From: Eledone cirrhosa
Lineage: Eukaryota
Direction: 5' to 3'
Assembly (NCBI GenBank): GCA_964016885.1
Contig: OZ024740.1
Span: 165,168,001 to 165,232,000, forward strand
Length of the DNA: 64,000 nt
A program made the position numbers and the translations under genes. Each line of letters begins with the position of its first letter. Position 1 is the first letter of the stretch. Shown piece by piece: positions 29,012 to 46,175 of this stretch. Under the pieces are notes generated by a model. That model did not search any database and was not told the DNA's origin. It was given only the letters and a program-made list of their open reading frames with translations.

Positions 29012-29224
29012 CCCACACACATATATCTATATATAAACTCTTTCAGGTCTTGAGACATGTTGGGGTGCAATATCATATAAGATGGTGAAATGTATTTCTT
29101 GCCATATTCATTTCAACTGTCTTGCACTCTGATCTCAAATTCCACCTACTCCATTAGGAGTGAAAGAGAGAAAACCATGTATCTATCTAACCCCTTCGTT
29201 CTGTCTTTATAAACACACACACGT

Positions 29225-29349
<125 letters not shown>

Positions 29350-29394
29350 CAATTCGCGTTATGTATATATATGCGCGTTCTTGTATATATATAT

Positions 29395-29715
29395 ATATGG
29401 CTGCCCCCTTGTTATCGAGTATGGCCATTGCACGATATACCATTATTAATAATTATCCTGCAATGCCTGTGCGTGAAGATATTTTTTTAAAGTGAGGAAA
29501 GACTGTGCACTGAGCCAATCCCACTGCTGGGCGACAGTAGCTATAACCCGAAAAGAAGAAAAGATCAATATCATCGGTAACTACTGAGCCGCAGGTTTTA
29601 TACCGGAGTTATCCCAGTTTCCCGATTTGCCTTCTCCTAGGAGAATGCCCTGACAAAGGGTAGGAATCCTTCACTCCCAGTGGTTTAACCGAGCGATCGG
29701 GTGTCCAGCCCTACT
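29395..29715 (-). mobile_element. diverged relative of the 40599-41792 non-autonomous element
   Basis: shared blocks GGCTGCC..TCGAGTATGGCCA, GCAATGCCTGTGC, CCTTCTCCTAG and TGACAAAGG in the same order. Confidence 0.6.
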
Positions 29716-29872
29716 ATTTATATATATATATATATTTCTGCGGCTGAATTAACAGGAGGAAAGTGAAATATAATGTCTTGAACACAGCACATTACGCGGC
29801 CCGAATATCGAACTCACAACCTCCCGATTGTAAGCAGAATCTTGTAACCACTAGGCAATGCACGTTTTTGTG

Positions 29873-29921
<49 letters not shown>

Positions 29922-29949
29922 GTGTGTATGATTGTGTATAGAAGATTAT

Positions 29950-30748
<799 letters not shown>

Positions 30749-30754
<6 letters not shown>

Positions 30755-31160
30755 ATAGAGGTGTAAAACACGAGTTGTGATATATTAGTAAAAGGAAAAG
30801 AAAATGCTGACAAATTGTTCCCAGTGAAAAATAGTTTAATTAGGAATAAGTAAAAATTAGTAATAAGTATTGGTTAGTATTCAGTTTTAGTTTTAAGTTT
30901 TTACCGGTTGCGCATTTCTAATGATTTTCAAAAATAATTTTGAGATAGAGCGCCCGTGATGTTTTCTCTAATCTTCGACTGAGCAAACATCACGGGCGCT
31001 CTATCTTAAAATTATTTTTGAAAAGCATTAGAAATGCGCAACCGGTAAAAACTTAAATCTAAAACTGAATACTACCCAATTCTTATTACTAATTATTACT
31101 TATTCCTAATTAAACTATTTTTCACTGGGAACAATTTGTCAGCATTTTATTTTCCTTTTA
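30749..31160. mobile_element. family B palindromic element with a variant HHR in both arms (31014-31051 plus, 30897-30934 minus)
   Basis: arms of about 175 bp; TTT-TTGAAAA-GCATTAGAAATGC-GCAA-CCG-GTA-AAA. Confidence 0.75.
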
Positions 31161-31177
31161 TATATATGCATATATAC

Positions 31178-31230
<53 letters not shown>

Positions 31231-31241
31231 TACATATATAC

Positions 31242-31280
<39 letters not shown>

Positions 31281-31631
31281 TAAAGATTTACATATACATA
31301 AAGTCACAGATATATATGTGGCAATGAAGAATTAATAAATTAAATAATTGTTTCTACTTTAGGCACAAGGCCAGAAATTACCCAGTGCATTACTGGTACT
31401 TTATTTTATCGACCCCGTAAGGATGAAAGGCAAAGTCAACCTCGGCGGGATTTGAACTCAGATCGTAAAAAGACGTAACTATGCTTGAAAGCATGGCGTC
31501 CGACCCTCCACTGATACTGCCAATCCACATATTCAGCGCAATATATCATAAATCATGACCTAGGATCATTAGATAAAATATATATACTATTTCCTCTCCC
31601 AATTAGCATAATTAACCATATAAAAATTCAA
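31281..31631 (-). mobile_element. fragment of the 658-nt HHR unit interrupted by a SINE (31344-31528, minus)
   Basis: flanks match 32716-32900; SINE body complete. Confidence 0.8.
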
Positions 31632-31632
31632 A

Positions 31633-32715
<1,083 letters not shown>

Positions 32716-32720
<5 letters not shown>

Positions 32721-33994
32721 ATTTACATATACATAAAGTCATAGATATATATGTTGCAACCGGTCACGTTGTGGCTCAATGAAGAATTAATAAATTAAAT
32801 AATCAGAGCAATATATCATAAGACATGTCCTTAGAATTATTAGATAAAATATATACAATTTCCTCTCCCATTTAGCATAATTAACCATATAAAAACTCAA
32901 TTAGACCAGGCTATAAGAATACAAGCTCCTATGAAGAAATTTCCGACAAATAACCGAAGGCGGCCACTTCGCGGTGGTCCCAATAGAGTATTTATCCAAC
33001 ATTTCAACAGCATGTAGAAACTGACTAAATATACCGTCAACCATACACAATTAGGTGTAAATTCAAACTTAGAAGAAATGTGTACATACCGAAATTATAT
33101 CTCTACCATGGTTTCTTCCGTATTTTTAGACATCCAATTATCAGGATATCCGGAGTAACAGACTCATCAGGAGTAAACTCAAAATTAGACATTTAATTTT
33201 CCAAAGTGATTGCGCCAAAAATAGATTCAAAAATGGCTAAGGACATGATTTATGATATATATATATATATATATATATGCTAATTGGGAGAGGAAATGGT
33301 ATATATTTTATCTAATAATTCTAAGGACATGATTTATGATATATTGCTCTGATTATTTTATTTATTAATTCTTTATTGAGCCACAACGTGACCGGTTGCA
33401 AAACATATATATCTATGACTTTATGTATATGTAAATCTTTATATTTGATAATCTCCCGTTAGCTTGAGATACAATTGGGCGATATTGGGCTGCGCTCTCT
33501 AGCAACAAGCCTACTCGCCATAAGCAACTAATCACATTCTTTCTAACTTGACCACTGCCACGTCACGATTCTTAGCCACTTTTGAATCTATTTCTGGCGC
33601 GATCACGTTGGAAATTTAAATGTCTAATTTTGAGTTCACTCCTGATGAGTCCGTTACTCTGGATATATCCTGTTATTGGATATCTAAAAATACGGACGAA
33701 ACCATGGTAGAAATATAATTACGGTATGTACACATTTCTTCTAAGTTTGAATTTACACCTAATTGTGTATTGTTGACGGTATATTTAGTCAGTTTCTACA
33801 TGCTGTTGAAATGTTGGATAAACACACTATCGGGGCTACCGCGAAGAGGCCGCTTTCGGTTATTTGTCGGACATTTCTTCATAGGAGCCTTTATTCTTAT
33901 AGCTTGGTCTAATTGATTTTTTATATGGTTAATTATGCTAATTGAGAGAGGAAATGGTATATATTTTATCTAATAATTCTAAGGAGATGATTTA

Positions 33995-33998
<4 letters not shown>
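32716..33998. mobile_element. retrozyme-like 658-nt HHR unit: plus-strand 1.1-mer (33279-33998) and inverted, permuted partial copy (32716-33241)
   Basis: terminal direct repeat of about 62 bp at 33279 and 33937; the inverted arm reads through the unit junction. Confidence 0.8.
33636..33712 (+). ncRNA. type I hammerhead ribozyme with canonical core (mirror at about 33100-33173, minus)
   Basis: CTC-CTGATGA-GTCCGT...ACGGAC-GAAAC-CATG-GTA-GA; palindromic stem III ACCATGGT. Confidence 0.85.
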
Positions 33999-34050
<52 letters not shown>

Positions 34051-34054
<4 letters not shown>

Positions 34055-34494
34055 TTGCGAGGTTTTTGATATGAAATCGTGTGTCGAAACAAATATTGTT
34101 TTACTTGGGGAGGGTCATATTTGTGCAATAAACTGTAAAACTAGAAACGTAGTCTATAGAATAAGATGTACAGAGGGTACTTGCAGAAACATGACAACAA
34201 CATACATAGGCGAGACAGCTCGTAGCATAGGTGAAAGGATAGACCAACACTGATGGGGGGGGGGACTAAAAGGAGGCCAAAATGGTTCAGTACGATGCGA
34301 ACATGCCAGACAACAACACGAACGGTAACATAGACAACATAGAAATTAGAATAATATCTAAACATAGAAATGACCCAGCAGATAGGCAAATTAGAGCGGC
34401 CAGCGAAATAGAATTTAGAAGGCCAAGGCTAAACAGAAAAAATGAATGGAATAACAACAACACCCAAACAAACAACACTGACCTAAGAGAAGCA

Positions 34495-34537
<43 letters not shown>

Positions 34538-35006
34538 ATACACAAGCACAATAACAACAAACACATATAAACACACACTAGTAAACTAAGATAGAATACA
34601 TTAAACAACACACAGTCACCCAAACACGAACACACATCAAACAAAACACTATACACACACACAAACGCATGCGCAGAGAAGACAAAAAAATAAACAAATC
34701 AATAAATAAATAAACAGACTAAATAAAGATGGCGTAGGCATACAATGTAACGGGAGGAAACATAATAGCACCACTGACGATGTTGCAGATGTGCAACGAA
34801 AGAACTTTGATAGACTTTATATATGTGTTTGTATCTATATTGTATTTGTATTTTTGACCGTTGGTCAGTCATTGGTGACATTGAGGACCGAATAAATTAA
34901 ATTAAACGATATAAAATACACAGAAGCGAAAACCAACCAAGCAGTGAGTGTCTTCTGTTATTATTTCTGGCAATATTATTACACAAATATGACCCTCCCC
35001 AAGTAT

Positions 35007-35012
<6 letters not shown>
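34051..35012 (+). mobile_element. 5'-truncated PLE (GIY-YIG part plus pLTR with HHR at 34770-34811) and inverted tail at its 5' end
   Basis: NCKTRNVVYRIRC..YIGETARSIGERIDQH; CTGACGA-TGTTGCA..TGCAAC-GAAAG; 34091-34124 is the reverse complement of about 34981-35013. Confidence 0.85.
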
Positions 35013-35081
<69 letters not shown>

Positions 35082-35274
35082 AGGGAACAAGTAAGACCCC
35101 GACGGCTGAGCTCAAGCCGTTTCGACGGCTGATTCAGTCCAGAATTAGCCGTCGAAACGGCTTGAGCTCAGCCGTCGGGGTCTTACTTCTTCCTATTACC
35201 CACTCTACTACCGTAAGTATTGAGTACTTTGGTGCGTTATGGTCCACCTGGTTCCTTACCACATGTCCTTCGTT
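35082..35274 (+). mobile_element. Naiad-tail snap-back copy in (TA)n
   Basis: inverted repeat around 35138; body matches 13160-13297. Confidence 0.85.
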
Positions 35275-35276
35275 AC

Positions 35277-35369
<93 letters not shown>

Positions 35370-35492
35370 TACATATATACATATATACATATATATATAA
35401 ATATATATATATATACATATATACATATATACATATATACACACATATATATATATATACATATATACATATATACATATATACGTATATAT

Positions 35493-37054
35493 ATCATCAT
35501 CATCTTCATCATCATTTTACGTACGCTTTTCCCTGCTTGCAAGGGTGGGACGGGTCTTTTCAGCACAGCATCTCTCCACTCGTCACGGTCCCTCGTCATC
35601 TCCACCGTGAGCTTCAATGATCTGAGGTCTGTTCTCACCACCTCCGCCCATGTTTTTCGTGGTATACCTCTACCACGTCTTCCTTCAACTGACAATTCCT
35701 GGCACTTCTTCACCCATCGGTCATCCTCCATGCGCATCACATGTCCATACCACCTCAGTCTCCTCTCCCGTACACTACATTTTATCCCTCTCAGACACAG
35801 TTTCTCTCTCAACACATTTATGCTGGGTCGTTCACGCATATTTACACTGCACATCCAACGGAGTATGCTTGCCTCATTTCTCTCCAGCCGTCGCATATCC
35901 TCTGCAGTTGCTGCCCATGTCTCACTAACATGCTGCATCGCGCTCCTCACACAGGCATCATACAACCGGCCTTTCGTACGCAGGGAGAAACCCTTCTTCG
36001 TCAACAGAGGAAGCAGCTCCCTAAAATTCTTCCAACCCGTCCTTATTCTAGATACTATGGCCTCCTAGGTACCGGAAGCTATCCACCACTTCTATAGCGC
36101 CCTCTTGCATTTGAAAAATGTGTCTATCAGTGCGACTTCTACTGTCTAATTTCCCTGTACATCTACTGCATACACATTTCGACCTACCTGTTAGTTTGCC
36201 TGCTATCCTGCTACATCTCTTGTGTACCCAGGATCTGCATTGTGTGCATTTTATAGAATTTATGCCAGTTCCTTTTCTGCATATCGAACATGGCCATTTC
36301 CCTGACGGAATCAGTGTTTTGTCCTCTTTTCTACTCATCAACACTTTTGTCTTAGCTAGATTCACTCTCAGTCCTCTTGCTTCCAACTGCTGTTTCCATA
36401 GCCAGAATTTATTCTCTAGCTCCTCTACTGATTCTGCTATAAGAACCAGATCGTCAGCATAGAGAAGTTCCCAAGGACAGCCAGTCTTGAACTCCTCTGT
36501 TATGGCTTGGAGGACTATAATGAACAAGAGCGGGATGAGGACCGAACCCTGATGTACTCCTACTTGTATCTGGAATTCCTCACTAAACTTCATTCCTACC
36601 CTGACTTTACTGAGAGTACCTCTGTACAACGTTTGCACTGTACTCACAAGCCATTCCTCAACACCTAGCTTCCTTATGGACCACCAGATGACAGATCGGG
36701 GTACCCTATCAAAGGCCTTTTCTAGGTCAACAAAGGCTAAGTATAGTGGCTTATTCTTCTCTAAGAACCTCTCTTGCAATTGTCTCGCCAAGAAGAGGGC
36801 ATCTGTAGTACTCTTCCCAGGCACAAAACCAAATTGCATCTCATCTAGTTTGACCCTTTCTCTAATTAGTTGTGCTAAAATTCTTTCTGCCACTTTCATA
36901 ACCTGATCTATCAGTTTTATACCCCTATAATTGCTCATCTCCAAAGCATCCCCTTTACCTTTGTAGCAATTTATGAGAATACTGCTGCACCAGTCTTTGG
37001 GTATGACACCACCATATATAGCCTGATTGGTGATGCGTGCAACCAGTTTAGTGC
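35493..37054 (-). mobile_element. 5'-truncated RTE-clade LINE (RT with Cys/His-rich insertion) with (TGA)n tail
   Basis: [52 protein letters not shown]; internal deletion near 36060. Confidence 0.93.
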
Positions 37055-37055
37055 C

Positions 37056-37125
<70 letters not shown>

Positions 37126-37142
37126 TAGATATAGATATATAT

Positions 37143-38169
<1,027 letters not shown>

Positions 38170-38424
38170 CGTTTCTGAATTTGTTTAGCAAGATTTTTTA
38201 TCTGAAAACGTGTGTTGAAACCGATATTGTTATACTTTGTATGTAAGGGGCGTATGATCAGGGAGAGGAAGTAGGACAGTCAGTAGTTACTAGCAATGTT
38301 AGCTCCACAGACTGGCCGCGTTGTTGGTCCCGTGACAGGGTCACTGCCCCATCATTGAAATGTCCCCAGAGGTATGTAACAGCACGAGGACCTCCTCAGC
38401 AGAATCGGCGAGAGTAATCGATCT

Positions 38425-40099
38425 ATGGACCTAACAAACTGCATAATAGGTAGTATGGGTGTTATGTCCCTGTGTCCATCTATTGACGTGGATTTTGCTG
38501 TGGAGAAATGCGTAGAAATGATCAGTGAGAGCAAGGTTGAGTTCCGTGGGATTGATACCAGTGAGCTGGGACTCCTACTTAAACTTACCTATAGTAATAA
38601 TTACCTAGACACATATGACCTTAGCAACCTGTGCCCTACAAGACCAGCAAGAGGCAGACCCCCTACCATTACCTCAATGGCCAAGAAACCCCACACAAAT
38701 AGATGGAATGTGTGGACCAGAGCCATACAGACCCCCGAAAACCATGATGAACTAAAGAAACTGATTGCACATGCGGTGGGGGCCGGCATAAAATTAACCC
38801 TTAAGGAACATATGTTCAAATTTAATGGGAAAACATATGCCCAAGAGGAAGGAGCAGCCATTGGTGTTAGCATTGCAGGCGACATAGCTAACTTATTCAT
38901 GGTCTGGTGGGACAGTAGACTTAAACAACAAATAGAAGACCCCTTAATTCTGATAATGTACTCTCGCTACGTTGATGATATAAACATCGTAGTTAAAACA
39001 CCCCCACTAGAGAACAGTCAGGAATTAGAGAAAAAAACAATGGAAAGCATCCAGCAAATAGCTAACTCCATCCACCAGAGTATTAGAGTTACTATAGACT
39101 ACCCAAGTAAACACCCCAACCATCGATTACCTGTACTAGGCACAGAGCTCTGGTTATATACCATTAATAACAAAAAACAAATCCTCCATTCCCATTATGC
39201 CAAACCCATGACTTCCAAATATCTGATCCACCGAAACTCAGCTGTTTCGGACCATACCAAAATAAACATACTGATTACGGATTTGGTACGGCTGATGAGA
39301 AACGTGTCCCGCATGTGCAACCCCGAAGAACTAGAGAGATACATACAACACTTCATCCACCGTATGCAGTTCTCTGGTTACAATCAGAGAGATAAAATCA
39401 GAGTGTATAGAGGAGCCAGAACCTAATGGGAAAAAATGGGAAATAATGACACAAATGGGACCTGCCCCTTGTATAGGAGCAAATTTTGGAATAGAATAGA
39501 AAGAACTAGGAATAAGGCTAATAGAATAAACTCATGGTATGATAGCAATAAATACCAGAGTGTAATGTTCATCGATACAACCCCTAGAGGTGAATTAGCT
39601 TACAAATTTAGAAGGGCCCTAGATAAACATAAACTCAATATTAAGATAGTAGAAAGACCAGGTACCTCCATAAAAACACTTATTAGCAAGACATACCCTT
39701 TTCAAAGAACCCCTGTATAGATAAGAAATGTATAACCTGTAAATTAAGCCCCCATATTAACTGTAAAACTAGAAATGTAGTATATAGCATAAGATGTACT
39801 GAAGGACAATGTAGAGACAAAAAAATATAGTGTACATAGGTGAGACTGCTCGTAGTGTAGGGGAACGGATAAATGAACACTGGCGAGACCTTCAAGATAG
39901 TAAAGAATCATCTGTACTCTACCAACATGCTAAAATAGAACATAAGGGTAAATTAGAGGACATAGAAATAAAAATAGAATCTACACACAGAAAAGACGCA
40001 ATGTTTAGACAAATCACAGAGGCAATAAACATAAAAGAATTACAACCAAAATTAAATAGAAAACATGAGTGGAACAGCAACATCACAACTTACAATTAA
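38425..40099 (+). pseudogene. disrupted PLE RT-GIY-YIG ORF
   Basis: FKFNGKTYAQEEGAAIG, YSRYVDDI, HYAKPM, YIGETARSVGERINEH; stops at 39426 and 39720 plus frameshifts. Confidence 0.9.
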
Positions 40100-40299
40100 G
40101 GACAACATGAAAACACACACGCACATAGAACAAACAACCAACGTGTAACATGTAAATAAACAAATAAATAAACGAATATAAACACACACAGACACCCGGA
40201 TGTGGCGCATGTGAAGACTGAGCACACAACACACACACAGAAACAAATGGCGTAGGACAGAACAAAGGAGAGGCATAAAAACAAAGAAAAGAATCCCCA

Positions 40300-40342
40300 G
40301 TCACTGAAGAGGTCACAGAATGTCTGACGAAAGAACTTTGAC
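40300..40342 (+). ncRNA. minimal HHR in PLE pLTR
   Basis: GTCA-CTGAAGA-GGTCACAGAATGTCTGAC-GAAAG-AA-CTT-TGAC. Confidence 0.8.
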
Positions 40343-40486
40343 AATATATAAACAACCATCTTGTTGTGGAACCAACCAACCAACCGGAAATTTATAAATT
40401 CATAAATTTATAAATTTATTTTAATAAATTGAAGTGCAAGCAACTGGTGCGTGTTTCTTATTGGCAACATTACCCTCCCAAAGTAT

Positions 40487-40535
<49 letters not shown>

Positions 40536-40598
40536 CATACATACATACATACATACATACATACATACATACATACATACATACATACATACATACAT

Positions 40599-41792
40599 AG
40601 TGGCTGCCAACTCGTTTTCGAGTACGGCCACTACTTTATATCCATGTAGGAGAACGCCTACCGATGCGCTAACGAGTGTGACTTTTTAGTCCAGCCAGCG
40701 ACTTGAAAACTCTGGTACAAACACTACACTTGTGACAATTATTGACACATAGTGCTGGGCCCATGATACCATGTGACGACAAGTGCAGAGAGATCTCCAG
40801 ATATAAAGCAATGCCTGTGCCGTGAAGCTTTTATAGTGAGTAAAGGCACTGCACAAAGCCAGTCCCACTCTCTTAACCAAGATGATATTTACCAAAAAGA
40901 AGAACAAGTCAACATCATTGGATACCATCAGAGTTGCAGGTGTTATATCAGAGTTTTCCTTCTCCTAGAATTATGCCTTGACAAAGGCTAAGGGGTCATC
41001 TCTCCCGGTGATTTTGGATGGCCATTGACTCTTAAGAGCTCCTTTGCCCTTTGACAGGTTTTGTTTTTAGTCCTGCAGAATGTCCAAAGTCACCCTCCTC
41101 ACCAAGAAACCTTGGTGGGGTGGCCAGTTTAGTCGCCAACGACCCGACCATGCGACAGGTTGTACTGGAATACATGTTACCAACATACATACATACATAC
41201 ATGGTGGCTGCCAACTCGTTTTCGAGTATGGCCACTACTTTATATCCATGTAGGAGAACCCCTACCGATGCGCTGAACGAGTGTGACTTTTTAGTCTAGC
41301 CAGCGACTTGAAAACTCTGGTACAAACACTACACTTGTGACAATTATTGACACATAGTGCATTGCCTTTGGTACCATGTGACGACAAGTGCAGAGAGATC
41401 TCCAGATATAAAGCAATGCCTGTGCCGTGAAGCTTTTATAGTGAGCAAAGGCACTGCACAAAGCCAGTCCCACTCTCTTAACCTAGATGATATTTACCAA
41501 AAAGAAGAACAAGTCAACATCATTGGATACCATCAGGGTTGCAGGTGTTATATCGGAGTTTTCCTTCTCCTAGAATTCTTCCTTGACAAAGGCTAAGGGG
41601 TCATCTCTCCCAGTGATTTTGGATGGCCATTGACTCTTAAGAGCTCCTTTGCCCTTTGACAGGTTTTGTTTTTAGTCCTGCAGGATGTCCAAAGTCACCC
41701 TCCTCACCAAGAAACCTTGGTGGGGTGGCCAGTTTAGTCGCCAACGACCCGACCATGGGACAGGTTGTACTGGGATACATGTTACCAGTAGC
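40599..41792 (-). mobile_element. head-to-tail dimer of a non-autonomous element of about 600 bp with (TATG)n tails, probably RTE-derived
   Basis: units start at 40599 and 41203; each ends in (CATA)n on the plus strand; no long ORF. Confidence 0.75.
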
Positions 41793-42406
41793 ACATACAT
41801 ACATATATACATACATACATACAATGTTATTAATTATTTTACTGTTTACTGTTAGTTGTTTTTTGTATGACTTGCATGTACTATTGTAACTGTATTGAAA
41901 CGGACGTAGAAATTAAAGAATAAATGTAAGGTCTTAAACTTGCTCATTTGTCATATTGAACTGTTACCAGAACTGTCCTAAATAGCAAGAACTTTGACTG
42001 TTAATGACTTATTCATCTGTTTTAAACTCCCGATGTACCGAGGATTTTACTGTGTATAGAGCGTCCCTCACCTTACCAAAGATTATAGTGAAGTACTCCA
42101 CTATAATCACCTATATTGTATATATATAATACAGAAAATAAGCTCTCGAATAGGACTGATACATCTTGGTTCCTTTTCCCACTCACTCAATAATTTAATT
42201 AAGTCAGTATCATTAAGACACAAACCGCAGGAAATTAGAGTGGACTCTTATACGTTAAATAGTGCAAAAAATAATTTCGTGCGGGTAGAAAATTTGCGGC
42301 CCCGAACCAATACATATTTTCTGTGACTGCTTTATTGCCGGTACCAGTAGATATAGTACCATATAGTTATCACCGAAAATGCCACCCCTCTAGAAAACTA
42401 GAAAAT

Positions 42407-43506
<1,100 letters not shown>

Positions 43507-43549
43507 ATATACATATATATATATATATTTCTTTCTGTATATATATATA

Positions 43550-43653
43550 TACAGGGTGTCCAAAATAATATATGCACACTTTGATCACCTGTTCATGCAA
43601 GATTTGTTAAAATGCTGTTGAACTGTGTTTACATTTTCTGGCGACACCCTGTT
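43550..43653. mobile_element. Tc1/mariner-type MITE
   Basis: TACAGGGTGTC...GACACCCTGT terminal inverted repeats, about 100 bp. Confidence 0.55.
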
Positions 43654-45581
43654 ACTACTATTAGTTATGTTTAAGACACATTTCTTAAATATTCTTATTA
43701 AATATTTCTTTAAAGTTTCTATGATATTGCTACTATTATTGTTAAGCTTGTGAACACGACATTTTTTGAAAATATTTTACATATTATATATGAATGTGTG
43801 TGCGCACCCGCCCGTGTGTATGTGCACCCACCCGTGTGTGTACACGCGCGTGTGGGTGTGAGAGAGAGAGTGCGTTTGTGTGTGAGTGTGTATGTGTGTG
43901 TGTAAAGATAGAAAAATACAAAAAGAAGAAAAAAGTTGCTAAAGTGCGAAGGGGAGAGATAGTTAACAGATAATAGGGGATTTAAAACCATGGCAGTATG
44001 GTAAATTAGAACCGATGTTTGTATAGTATCATGTGACTATGAAACTACAGTCTGTGACCCGTTGATGTGTATGTTTGCCAAGATACCTTTCCACCATGTC
44101 AACCATCCTATAATGGGTTTGTATCAATGAAATAAGTTGGAGAAATAACATTTTTCGCATCGAACACCAGAGCCGTCCGAATCATCACTACTGTCACTAA
44201 CCCAAATACAGTAAATATTAGCCGAAAAAAGAAACTGTATGCGGTCAATCGGCTGACTAGAAATAGCAACCAAAAATCTCTCTTAAGTCACCCACGCTTA
44301 ACCATTTGGGATTCTGAAAAAAAGGACCCATTTGGAAATGTAACCTAAGCGCCTCAAATAATAATAAATGACGGAATTGCCATGAATGGTATACCTTTGA
44401 TCAGACATTGATCAGCCACATATTTATTCCTTATTTGTAACGAGACGAAAAATTTAAAAGAAAAGACAATTTTTTCTTTCATATATACATGAAAAAAAAA
44501 GTCAAATTATATGTGGGTAATACGTAGTGTTCACATTTTTAATGAAGTCTCTTTATATGTGATTACCTACCCATCACCACACATAATCTCCAGCTGTGTT
44601 TATACAGTCGATCCAGCTGTCAACATTGGCAGCGGGCTCCCTAAGGGCTGTGTGGCCACAATTTGGATATAGTGAAAATCTGATGTTTCTATTTCGTCAT
44701 CTAACACTAGTTATTCTACTTTATATTATTTTTGTTCTTTCTATTAGATTTCAGACCATACACAACCAAATGTCTTAGAATCAAAGTGAAACAGCACGCG
44801 AGGGAAATATAGAAGTGTTACCGAAAGAAGGTCATGCCATGTCAACCAGATTTCTTTCTTAAACAAATATATCTAAGAAGAGGTCGTGTCCATTTAAAGA
44901 CGTATGGAATTATTTCCTCTAAAGAAGAATTTCAATGGTTTCCACGTGTAACAGAAACACTATCTCAGTTTCTCAACACTTCATTTCAACTGGCTCTCAG
45001 CTTGCTATATACGAACAAATATTAGATTTCACACATCAAATTAATATTTGATTCATGGCCTGTACTTACCAATCCTAAATCAATTAAGTGTTTATCACTT
45101 ATTTCACTCTTGCTGTTTTCTTAGAAGGGTTTCCTGTCTTTATGGTATTTAAATTTAGGTTCAATCTGATTATAGTTGATTATTATTTTTTTCAACCACT
45201 TCATCTAAATCTACTCCACCCTAAGCAAGATAAAGTCGAATATTCATAAATACTTTCATCGTTATATCTATGTAGTCATATCTATAAATTACTCACTCAT
45301 TTTCTAAGAGTGGTTGATGCTGCTCACCGAGGTTAGATAAATATTCTAGCTTGGGTTTTGCATAAAATCTCGAATAAAGTCTCCATCAGAAACACTTCAG
45401 TTAACGTTAGAACAAATGTATTAATTGTATTGTAAGAAAAAACATATTTGAGTTAAGCAGGGATATTCGCGGTGGCTCAACTTGACAGAAATAGAAACGA
45501 AATCTTTTCCAAATTATACTCTGCTTTTTTTAATTGTTCTACTTCGTCATGATTAAATTCTCTCTAGGTTAATATATATAT

Positions 45582-46125
45582 ATAGTTCAAAAGGACAAAC
45601 AAACGCAAGAGTAAATAGTACAAAGTGTTTTTAGCTACACACTTGGTGAGAGTGGATGGGGTGTTTCGACGTTTCGGACATAAGTCCTTCATCAAGAAAG
45701 TAGAAAGGCACTCCGAGAGGGAGTGAGGATGGTAGTAAGGAGGAAAGTTAACAGGAAGAACACGAAAGCAAGGGTGAAAAATAAAAATAAATAAACATAA
45801 TTTTTTAAAAAGTGAAAATGAAGGGGGTTGGGTGTACAGGTGCAGAATGGCAAGGGTGTGGTAGTGAGTATAGGGGTGGCTGGATGGGGAGAGAAAGGGT
45901 AGGGAAAGCAAGAAAATCAGAGTCCTAACGTGTGTGCGTGTGCGTATAAGTGTGTATGTGTGGATGTAAGTATGAGAGCCTGGAATGAAGTGAGTGTATG
46001 TGGATATAGGTTTTGTTTTGAAAAACTATTGTGTGCGTGTAGGGGTGGAGTGTATGTCTATCCATCTATTGTCCCTGTATGGTTGTTGGTGTGTATGTGT
46101 GTGTGGATGGAGTGGGACGGATGGG
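45582..46125 (-). mobile_element. solo PLE-type pLTR with minimal HHR at 45664-45699
   Basis: TTTC-TTGATGA-AGGACTTATGTCC-GAAAC-GTC-GAAA; bounded by short (TA)n runs. Confidence 0.65.
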
Positions 46126-46175
46126 ATATATATATATATATATTTGAAAATGTGTGAGATCCTTGGTATATTTGA

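Larger units (their letters stand above)
38168..40492 (+). mobile_element. 5'-truncated Penelope-like element (clade uncertain) with inverted tail at 38168-38239 and 3' pLTR
   Basis: RT plus GIY-YIG ORF pieces; 38168-38239 is the reverse complement of the pLTR end seen at 43429-43506. Confidence 0.9.

Noticed and set aside
41693-41792. HDV-like ribozyme fold (P2 CCAGT/ACTGG, P3 ACC/GGT, CTAA)
   Set aside because: No upstream P1 partner found; the twister-like reading fits better
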